9,035 bases of DNA from positions 1 to 9,035 of the forward strand of contig NW_021828231.1 of assembly GCF_006345805.1 (NCBI RefSeq). The letters run 5' to 3'. Of the stretch, positions 1 through 7,344 are shown in pieces (position 1 is the first letter of the stretch; every line of letters begins with the position of its first letter). The notes beneath the pieces were generated by a model that was given only the letters and a program-made list of their open reading frames with translations, did not search any database and was not told the origin of the DNA. Source of the stretch: Octopus sinensis. Its lineage: Eukaryota. Position numbers and translations under genes: made by a program.

Positions 1-331
1 AAGAAGAATATTTTGAGTTTTTCGTTTTCAAATTTCCGATTTCCAAATTAGAATATATAATTCTAAAGCGTTTTCCAAATTTAAGTGTATGGTTGCTGTA
101 TGGGCCCGTACAATGTTTTTCAGGGATACGAAATGAGCATCCGATACCTAACATACTTAAGTCAACAACAAATACTTACTTTAATGGCCCATGATACCAC
201 AAATCTTGACATAAAATGACTTAACTGATCTTATAAAAGTTGTCCTATTAATTTAGACATGGCCTTGGTCAATCTTTGGTCGAACCATATCTAAGTTATC
301 GGCGAAAGTAAAGAAAACGCTCTCCCGGTGT

Positions 332-373
332 TTAGGGTTAGGGTTAAGGTTTGGGGCTAGGGTTTGGGCTTAG
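332..373 (+). repeat. Degenerate interstitial telomere-like tract (TTAGGG)n
   Basis: ttaggg ttaggg ttaagg tttggg gctaggg tttggg cttag. The last unit is completed by gg at 604-605 once the 231-bp insertion is removed. Confidence 0.75.
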
Positions 374-603
374 TCTTCGTCTTTTGTTTTTTTTCGTAAA
401 CTTTCCCTATATATAAAACCAAAACGCACATATGTATGTGTATGAGTGTGTTTGTTCTTCTCCACTGCTTGACAACCGCTCTTTTCACGTACCGGTACCC
501 TAGCAGTCATTAGAGATCGATAGAATAAGTAATATATTTTAAAAAGTCTCCTAAGGGTGGTATCCCAGCATGGCCGTAGTCCAATGTCTAAAGCAAATGA
601 AAG
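373..603 (+). repeat. 231-bp near-identical direct copy of 2817-3046
   Basis: Read base by base, only 3 differences: T-run 8 vs 7, tatatataaaa vs tatacataaaa, tatcccagc vs tatcctagc. Confidence 0.97.
431..603 (+). mobile_element. Degenerate 3' half of SINE family A (inside the duplicated segment)
   Basis: Motifs ccactgcttgacaaccg, gatcgatagaataagta and cagcatggccgtagtccaatg match 6382-6545. Confidence 0.8.
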
Positions 604-756
604 GGTTTTTGTTACGCCGAAAACGGGCGGTGTACGTATTCGTTACCTCCGCTAAGGTATCTAATATTTCAAGCATAATTCGAACTAAATACATTTAGCT
701 ATTGGCTTCAATAATTAAATTCATTTATTGAATTCAATTATTATTTTTTGCAGTTT

Positions 757-918
757 TGGCATTTCGTCCATCTTTACGTTCAAATACCGCCAAGGTCGAT
801 CGACTTTGCCTTTCATTCTTTTGGCGTCGATCAAGAAACTATCAGTTGAACATCGATGCTATAGACTAGCTTTCTACCCCTAAATTGCTGGCCTTTTGCC
901 AAAATTTGAAAACCATTA
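757..918 (+). mobile_element. 5'-truncated, diverged SINE family B (Nin/Deu-like central domain) with an alternative 3' tail
   Basis: ttcaaataccgccaaggtcga..ctttgcctttcattcttttggcgtcgat aligns to the reverse complement of 3265-3342. The tail aaattgctggccttttgccaaaatttgaaa differs from that copy. Confidence 0.85.
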
Positions 919-1132
919 CAATTTGTTGCTTTTTCTTTTGTGGTTAAATTCTTGAAAACTGTAGATTCTCGTTCTTTTCAAGGCCCAATTCCTATCTATA
1001 ACAATATAACGATATAAAATTTTCAATCGGAAACTTGGAGTCGTATTTTATAAAACCAAAAGAAAAAGCAAAGGAACCAAATTTGGCACAAAACGCTAAC
1101 TACCCACAGTCTGCTTACTTTATCTTATTATT

Positions 1133-1158
1133 GTTTTTTTTTTTTTGGGGGGGGGGGG
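1133..1158. repeat. Poly-T/poly-G homopolymer junction
   Basis: T-run directly followed by a G-run. Confidence 0.9.
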
Positions 1159-1356
1159 TTGTGTATTTAATCTAAATCCTGTTGGTTTCAAATTCCAAGG
1201 AAAAATCAATAAAAAATACAAGACACTGGAGTTATATTAAGTTTCCTTTTTGTTACCCTAAAAAATATCTTGTGACTTAGAAATCATTATTTTAATTATT
1301 AACGGACATTTGGCACAGTGAAGAAAAAAAAAGGGTTTTCTTAACCCTATTACAAC

Positions 1357-1428
1357 AGAGAACGAGAGAGACGGGGGGAGGGGGAGAGAGGGAGAGAGAG
1401 AAAGATAGAGAGAAAGAGAGAGAGAGAA

Positions 1429-1463
<35 letters not shown>

Positions 1464-1525
1464 AAGTGAGAGAGAAAGAGAGAGAGAGAGAAAGAGAGAG
1501 AGAGAATGAAAGGGAGAGAGGCAGA
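1357..1525. repeat. (GA)n-rich purine microsatellite
   Basis: Imperfect gagagagaaa/gata array; it explains the spurious Ser-Leu ORF 1350-1550. Confidence 0.95.
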
Positions 1526-1581
1526 AAAAGGAATACGTTTTAAAGAACACTTTTAAGGGTATTTTAGTTTGCTACGATAAC

Positions 1582-1654
1582 TGTGTGTGTGCGTGTATAT
1601 ATATATATATATATGCGTGCGTGTGTGTGTGTGTGAGTGTGTGTGCATGTGTGT
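1582..1654. repeat. Compound (TG)n(TA)n(TG)n microsatellite
   Basis: Directly visible. Confidence 0.95.
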
Positions 1655-1974
1655 TTCTACAAACCTAGCCTTCTATAACCACTCAATTATCTTGCTCATT
1701 TCACGCTGCTCCTCGAATGAAACGGTCTTAATTGATACTCTTAGCTAAATCGCAATTCTTTCCTTCTCACATATCTTATGTCGGTACCTTACCATCTTCG
1801 TAATTTTAAATTCTTCCTTTTCTTTCATTAATATCAGTCAATTTACATTAAAAGACAGAGAGAAAGAGTAAATATTTCTAGAAAACACGTTAAAGTATTT
1901 TCTTGAACCATATAGAATATATGAACCGATCAAATTCTTGTAGTTTGTTGTTCATTTTTTTTTCCTTGTTGACG

Positions 1975-2107
1975 AAGGAGTTGCTCCCTAATCACATGAT
2001 CCCGGGTTCAGTCCTACAGAGAGTCAAATGTCTTCTACTACAAAACCTGGGCCGGCATAAAACCTTGTGAGTGGTTTTCTTTCACAGCGACTGAAAACAA
2101 TTCCTCA
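1975..2107 (+). mobile_element. Diverged 5' part of SINE family A
   Basis: B-box-like gggttcagtcc, then tgtcttctacta, aaaccttgtgagtgg, ctgaaa, colinear with 6195-6335. It runs into the family's internal (TA)(TG) tract. Confidence 0.8.
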
Positions 2108-2118
2108 TATATATATAT

Positions 2119-2162
<44 letters not shown>

Positions 2163-2196
2163 TGTGTGTGTGTGTGTGTATGTGTGGGTGGGTGTG
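2107..2196. repeat. (TA)n(TG)n microsatellite
   Basis: Directly visible. Confidence 0.95.
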
Positions 2197-2631
2197 TTCT
2201 TTTATTCTTTGGTCTCAGTTAATTGACTGAGGCCATGCTGGAGCACCGCCTTAAAGGGTTTTAGCCGAAGAAATCTATCTAAGGACTTATTCTTTTGTAA
2301 GCCTAGTACTTTTTCTATCGATCTCTTAAGCAGAACGGCTTATGTACGGGGATGTAAACACAGCAGTAGTGGTTGACAAGCAATTGTGTGTGTATGTGGG
2401 GGACAAACGCAGACACAATGAACCTGACACACACACACACACATATATATATGTATATACGATGGGCTTCTTTTAGTATCCTTCTACCAAATCAACTCAC
2501 AAGACTTTGATCGTCCCAACGTTGTAGTAGAAGACACTTATCCAAGAGACCACCCAGTGGAACTGAATCCGGAACCCGGAAACACGTGGTTGAGAATAAA
2601 GTACCTTACCATACAGACACGACTGCTCCTA
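2197..2631 (-). mobile_element. Near full-length tRNA-derived SINE family A (CORE-like box, internal microsatellite at 2428-2459)
   Basis: The reverse complement starts taggagcagtcgtgtctgtatggtaagg (A-box), then ggattcagttccactgggtggtctcttggataagtgtcttctacta (B-box plus CORE-like box). Colinear with 4502-4540 plus 6192-6562 over its whole length. Confidence 0.9.
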
Positions 2632-2659
2632 CTTATATATATATATATATATATGATAG

Positions 2660-2850
2660 ATCGGTAGTCACTACACACATTTTTTTCTCCCCTTGTTTCT
2701 CTTCTTGTTTTTTGTTCTGTGTCTCTTTCTGTAGAAGAGCGTAGGCTCGAAATGTAAAAGACTTTTTCTGTTCCTGAGCGTTATACTAATACATCTGTTA
2801 GTTTTGTACACCACCTGTCTTCGTCTTTTGTTTTTTTCGTAAACTTTCCC
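2660..2850 (+). mobile_element. Short pyrimidine-rich repeat with hammerhead-like motif (Penelope-like/retrozyme-type remnant), between (TA)n tracts
   Basis: Shares the hammerhead-like core, a downstream cct(g/t)agcgt..taatac motif and a gtcttttgtttt..aacttt-(TA)n end with 7600-7790. Boundaries are approximate. Confidence 0.55.
2724..2761 (+). ncRNA. Degenerate minimal type-I hammerhead ribozyme fold
   Basis: Stem I tcttt/aaaga; core CTGTAGA (vs CUGANGA) plus one extra A; stem II GAGC-gtag-GCTC; then GAAA-TG-TA. Confidence 0.5.
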
Positions 2851-3046
2851 TATACATAAAACCAAAACGCACATATGTATGTGTATGAGTGTGTTTGTTC
2901 TTCTCCACTGCTTGACAACCGCTCTTTTCACGTACCGGTACCCTAGCAGTCATTAGAGATCGATAGAATAAGTAATATATTTTAAAAAGTCTCCTAAGGG
3001 TGGTATCCTAGCATGGCCGTAGTCCAATGTCTAAAGCAAATGAAAG
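2817..3046 (+). repeat. Probable donor copy of the 373-603 duplication; includes a 3' half of SINE family A (about 2874-3056)
   Basis: Here the sequence continues into its natural context on both sides (hammerhead-element body upstream, tgaaagatgaaaga tail downstream), unlike the copy at 373. Confidence 0.93.
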
Positions 3047-3075
3047 ATGAAAGATGTATTTCTCTCAGCCACTTA

Positions 3076-3602
3076 CTGGCACTCCGTCGGTTACGACGAC
3101 GAGTGTTCCAGTTGATCCGTTCGACGGAACAGCCAGCTACTTATATTAACATGCAAATAACCGAGCACTCCACAGACAAGCGGCTAAACACAGAGCGGAC
3201 AAACAAGGACAGACAAACGGATTAAGTCAATTACATTGACCCCAGTGCGTAAATGTTACTTAATTTATCGACCCCGAAAGGATGAAAGGCAAAGTCGACC
3301 TCAGCGGAATTTGAACTCAGAACATAAAGACAGATGAAATACCGCTAAGCATTTCGCCCGGCGTGCTAACATTTCTGCCAGCTCGCCGCCTAAACGTGTA
3401 CCCTTAACGTATTTATCAGAGAGATTCAGCGTGACACAGAATCTAACAAGGCTGACCCACTGAAACGCAAGTCCAACTCATTTTTGACAGCTGAGTGGAC
3501 TGGAGCAATTTGAAAGAAAATGTCTTTTCCAAGGATACAACGAACTACCGGAAATTGAACTCCCGACCTTACTATTGTGAAACCTAACCACTAAGTCATG
3601 TG
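3076..3602 (-). mobile_element. Older tRNA-derived SINE (family C', CORE-like body), interrupted at 3179-3394
   Basis: Reverse-complement head cacatgacttagtggttagg..gagttcaatttcc; body tgtatccttggaaaagacatt..tgctccagtccactcagctg. The 3' half is homologous to 3935-4101. cacagaca|cgtgtaccc is contiguous in the intact copy (3994-4010). Confidence 0.88.
3177..3391 (-). mobile_element. SINE family B (tRNA-like head, Nin/Deu-like domain), nested in the family C' SINE
   Basis: Reverse complement: ggcggcgagctggcagaaatgttagc (A-box) ... gagttcaaattcc (B-box) ... gtcgactttgcctttcatcctttcggggtcgataaattaagta ... tail gtttgtctgtccttgtttgtcc. Confidence 0.92.
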
Positions 3603-3725
3603 ACGTTACGCAGTAACCTACACCTAAATTGGATGGGAATGTAAGTCAGTTGATCGAACCACTGAATATTGAACGTGGAAATCAATGAGAATGCATTTTC
3701 TCGCGTTACGTATATATATTTGTGC

Positions 3726-4111
3726 AGGAGGCGCAATGGCCCAGTGGTTAGGGCAGCGGACTCGCGGTCATAGGATCGCGGTTTCGATTCCCAGACCGGG
3801 CGTTGTGAGTGTTTATTGAGCGAAAACACCTAAAAGCTCCACGAGGCTCCGGCAGGGGATGGTGGTGATCCCTGCTGTACTCTTTCACAACAACTTTCTC
3901 TCACTCTTACTTCCTGTTTCTGTTGTACCTGTATTCAAAGGGCCGGCCTTGTCACTCTCTGTGTCACGCTGAATATCCCGAGAACTACGTTAAGGGTACA
4001 CGTGTCTGTGGAGTGCTAGCCATTTACACGTTAATTTCACAGCAGGCTGTTCCGTTGATTCGGATCAACCGGGACCCTCGTCGTCGTAACCGACGGAGTG
4101 CTTCCAGAGAG
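3726..4111 (+). mobile_element. Young full-length tRNA-derived SINE (family C) with a perfect 12-bp TSD
   Basis: A-box tggcccagtgg 3737-3747, B-box gtttcgattcc 3781-3791; TSD atatatttgtgc at 3714-3725 and 4112-4123; CpG-rich. Confidence 0.95.
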
Positions 4112-4380
4112 ATATATTTGTGCCTTTATTGGCTGCCTTCTCGATATCATCTTTCGTATCCTATTATTTTTATATAATATACTATTAATTTATCCATGAT
4201 ATCACTTTAAGATTTTCTCAGATATGTATTAGTATTAACTTATTCCAAATAGAGCATCTATAATATCGAATGAGCACATTTAACAATGATGTGCGGAGAA
4301 AATATCAGTATTCTGGTTTTAAAAAACAATATTTTAGCTCATGACACTTCTCTGCTTACCCTTTAAACATCGAAGCTAAT

Positions 4381-4423
4381 GCGCAGTAAAACTACGAAAG
4401 GGCGGCGCAGTAACATTACGAAA
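4381..4423 (+). repeat. Short direct repeat, 19 bp x2, 24-bp period
   Basis: gcgcagtaaaactacgaaa / gcgcagtaacattacgaaa (17/19). Confidence 0.85.
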
Positions 4424-4501
4424 TGTTGTGGGTTACTTCAGAAGGTACGTAAGCAACAAATGAATAAAACTTGAAATAAAATTCAAGTCAAGATATAAAT
4501 G

Positions 4502-4540
4502 TAGGAGCAGGCGTGGCTGTGTGGTAAAAAGCTTACTTCC
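4502..4540 (+). mobile_element. 5' head (A-box) of the SINE family A copy split by the LINE
   Basis: taggagcaggcgtggctgtgtggtaaaaagcttacttcc matches the reverse complement of 2593-2631; the element continues at 6207. Confidence 0.9.
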
Positions 4541-4611
4541 ACGCATGTGTCGGGTTATTTGCTCTCTGGATTTTCTAAGAGTCGAACTTAGTTTTTTGTG
4601 TTGCTTAGAAG

Positions 4612-5180
4612 ATGTACTCAGACACTGATGGGTCTGAGTTGTCGTCGTCGTCGTCGGAGGAGGAGGAGCTGGTAAGGGCGGTCATAAAGATGGAAGGAGT
4701 GTTGAAGACAAGGAGTTTTGCTGAAGCCACGGAGGTGAAGCGAAGGGAGCTGTACTTGGCTGGTCTGAAGGTGAATGAGAAGATGGCTCATAAGCTGGGC
4801 GGCGACGTGAAGTTGTCGCTCCCCAAAGGAATTATGGAGAGGATGGAGAAGAAAACGATCACCTATAAGGTGTACTCGTTGAAAGGGAAAAAATGCAGAA
4901 CAGTTGGAGGCAGAAGTGGAAAAGGCGCTGAGGGAACGATCAAAGGAGATAATGTACATAACCAAAGGAAGAAGATATGGGACAATGATCATCCAATTTA
5001 GGACAGTAAAGGAGGCGAGGAGGCTGGCGAGTGTGGCAGGGAAAACAGAGGAAGTAGTGCTTCTGCCCACATACCTTGGAAGAAAGACTTCCAAGGCGAG
5101 GGTAGAAGCAATTCCACCGGATATAGAAGTGGCTTGGGTAGCGGCAGCTGTCCTTGTTGGAAGCGAGGAGAAGGTGGCTG
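4612..5180 (+). pseudogene. LINE ORF1-like N-terminal remnant (acidic Ser/Glu leader, RSFAEA motif, putative RRM-like fold), frameshift near 4900
   Basis: MYSDTDGSELSSSSSEEEE..RSFAEAT.. continues in frame 2 as ..YITKGRRYGTMIIQFRTVKEARRLA..RVEAIPPDI. Position and motifs fit L1/Tx1 ORF1. Confidence 0.7.
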
Positions 5181-5194
5181 CCACCAAGCCACAG

Positions 5195-5950
5195 AACCGC
5201 ACGTCCGGTTTTACCTTCCGCGTTTAACGGACATTGGAGCATGGATCAAGCAGAGACCTAGGCTGGGAGACTGGCAATTGGAGTGCCGTCAGGCACTTCA
5301 GCTACTCTCTTGAGCGGGCAATGCCGGCAGCAGGTGTACCACCCTCGATTTTTATAGAGGATTAGTGGGCTTTATGTCCGTAGATGCCTTGCGAGAGACT
5401 CTGGGCTACGAGGAAAATCAGTTGATCAACCTGTTCAGGAGAACGTTCAGGCCGGTGTATCTGGATAATTACTAGAAATCCTTGGCTTAGCAGTGCTTCT
5501 GTGCGGCGTTACCTGATCGAGACAAACTGTCAAGGCCCGGAAGTGCCGTCTCGCCGACATGTCAGGACAGGGAAACCGTCTTGCACGCATTTGTGGAGTG
5601 TTCGAAATTGAAGGGACTTATAGTTTTCGCAGAACAACTGTTGTCACCGATGGGAAGAGTAAAGCTATCGGCTGAGTCTATCATCGAGATTGTGCCGTCT
5701 CCATCCTTTAACAGGGAAAGGAAGGCTTGTTTTTTTCTGCGTAGTAACCATATTGAAAGAAACAGTATGGAAGACGCGTGTGAGAGGGATAGTGAGAAGT
5801 ACCTTCGTCTCTGGCCAGGGGTTGATAAACTTTTTCCGTTACCACTTCTTAAGTAAGATCAGGCTGGAGAAGTGTTGCCTGTCGCTGAGTACGTTTGTAA
5901 AAAGATGGAAGCTTGTTGCAAGCAAGTTGAGAGTGACCGGAACTAGATGA
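5195..5950 (+). pseudogene. LINE ORF2 C-terminal remnant with zf-RVT-type zinc-binding motif
   Basis: Frame 1 reads WIKQRPRLGDWQLECRQAL..FYRGLV..LDNY*KSLA*QCFCAALPDRDKL..SPTCQDRETVLHAFVEC, with stops at 5311, 5473 and 5488 and one Cys of CxxC lost. After a frameshift in the T-run near 5730-5737 it reads KETVWKTR..FVKRW to the stop at 5950. Confidence 0.85.
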
Positions 5951-6191
5951 GTGGAGTCAGTGGTAGAAAGCAAAGGTTCTACCCAGATGGCTGGATTCCT
6001 TTCCTTCCGAGGCAAATTGTTGATTTTTCGCAACAATATTTATGTAAATAATTTTATTAATTACATCTGTAATCATATCTTTCATACCAACATTAATTTT
6101 TAACTAATAAGCAAGCCTCTTCACTCTTTGTGTTTGTCTGTCTTTGTTCGTCCCATCTGTGTACCGCCTTTATGGCAAATTACATGAAATA

Positions 6192-6562
6192 AAGAAGCTT
6201 GTTTCCCAACCACATGGTGCCTGGTTCAATCCCACTGCGTGGCAACTTGGTCATGTGTTTTCTAGTATAGCCTCGGGCAGAACAAAATCTCGTGAGCAGA
6301 TTTGGTTGACGGAAACTGAAAGAAGACCGTCTTATATACAAGAGTATGTGTGTGTTTTTGTTTGTTTGTTTGTTCCCCCATCACCGCTTGATAACCGGTG
6401 CTGGTATGTTTAAGTCCATGTAATTTAGCGGTTCGGCTAATGGTATCGATAGAATAAGTACCTGGCTTTTAAAATGGTCCTGGGGTCGTTTTGTTCGACT
6501 GAAACCATTCAAGCCGGTTCTCCTGCATGACCGCAGTCAAATAACGGAATTATGTAAAAGAA
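6192..6562 (+). mobile_element. Remainder of the SINE family A copy (B-box, CORE-like box, internal simple repeat, 3' half)
   Basis: caaccacatggtgcctggttcaatcccactgcgtggcaacttggtcatgtgttttctagtatagcc ... atcgatagaataagtacc ... gcatgaccgcagtcaa; colinear with the reverse complement of 2197-2592. Confidence 0.92.
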
Positions 6563-6593
6563 TGTGCGCGTGTGTGTGTGTGTGTGTGTGTGT
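6563..6593. repeat. (TG)n microsatellite
   Basis: Directly visible. Confidence 0.95.
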
Positions 6594-6821
6594 CGCGCGG
6601 GTATTTTCGGGATGAAAACCCCCAAATAATTACAAAGAATACAGAGAGTAGCATATCTTTCTATTTTCTTTTTTTTAAACAGCATAATTGGTTAAAATGA
6701 CCGACACGTGTTTCTGTTGCATAAAATATGCGCTGCTTTATATACAACCCGCGCCTACATTCTCGTTCTTTCCACTAACTCTTACGGTATTCGGCTGGAT
6801 AATTCATCCTTATATACTCAT

Positions 6822-7016
6822 CACACACACACATACACACTCACAAACACACACACACACACACATACACACATCTGTATTGTATACATATATCTTATAT
6901 AATTGTTTATAACCATACATATATATATTTACATATACATAAATATGTGTGTGTATATATATACGCACATACACAAACATATATAATATATAGATTTAGA
7001 GAGAGAGAGAGAGAGA
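6822..7016. repeat. Compound (CA)n/(TA)n/(GA)n microsatellite
   Basis: Directly visible. Confidence 0.92.
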
Positions 7017-7122
7017 ATATTTTGACACAAAGGTAAGTTGAGATTCACTGTTTTAGTGATATGATGTTTCCTATTGTCACGATAGCGGCTGAAATCATAC
7101 ATTGTTAGCCATATCTAAGTCT

Positions 7123-7194
7123 CACACGCACACACACACGCACACACCACACACACACACCACACACACACCCACACACACACACACACACACA
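7123..7194. repeat. (CA)n microsatellite
   Basis: Directly visible. Confidence 0.95.
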
Positions 7195-7344
7195 GAAAAA
7201 TAAAATTGTTGCAGACAGACGGACTTCTATTTTCACGTTCAGAATTGTCAATATGATTAATGGAAACCGCGTAAGCACCGACCATCGATAAAAGAAGAAG
7301 GTAAAAAAAAAAGGAAAAAAAAAGAAAAAGAAAATGGAAAACTT

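Larger units (their letters stand above)
4541..6191 (+). mobile_element. Internally deleted non-LTR retrotransposon (L1/Tx1-like), 1.65 kb
   Basis: GC-richer block with a short 5' UTR, ORF1 remnant, ORF2 C-terminal remnant and A-rich 3' end. Flanked by a diverged TSD aaaaagcttacttcc (4526-4540) / aagaagcttgtttcc (6192-6206). Confidence 0.88.

Noticed and set aside
285-296. 12-mer ccatatctaagt repeated at 7109-7120
   Set aside because: The match does not extend and is expected by chance in 9 kb of AT-rich DNA.
1350-1550. Ser/Leu-repeat ORF; likewise ORFs 6688-6912, 6708-6902, 7105-7371, 8209-8436, 8232-8501
   Set aside because: These are translations of microsatellites with no coding signal.
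3730-3802. Possible tRNA gene
   Set aside because: The acceptor and anticodon stems do not pair properly, and it continues into a SINE body bounded by a TSD.
3013-4177. ORFs 3013-3225, 3596-3829, 3923-4177 (also 2671-2931, 6144-6413, 7364-7732, 7455-7715)
   Set aside because: They lie within or across SINE and repeat boundaries; chance ORFs.
4332-4450. Candidate exon ttttag|...gaag|gtacgt
   Set aside because: All three frames contain stops. A non-coding exon cannot be excluded without RNA data.
4618-5202. 194-aa antisense ORF, the longest in the window
   Set aside because: It is the shadow of purine-rich LINE ORF1, crosses the deletion junction and has no recognisable domain.
6699-6714. 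Minus-strand gaaacacgtgtc, resembling the 3' half of a hammerhead
   Set aside because: No CUGANGA core or stem II at the required position.
7031-7038. Consensus splice donor ag|gtaagt
   Set aside because: Upstream is microsatellite with no credible acceptor or exon.
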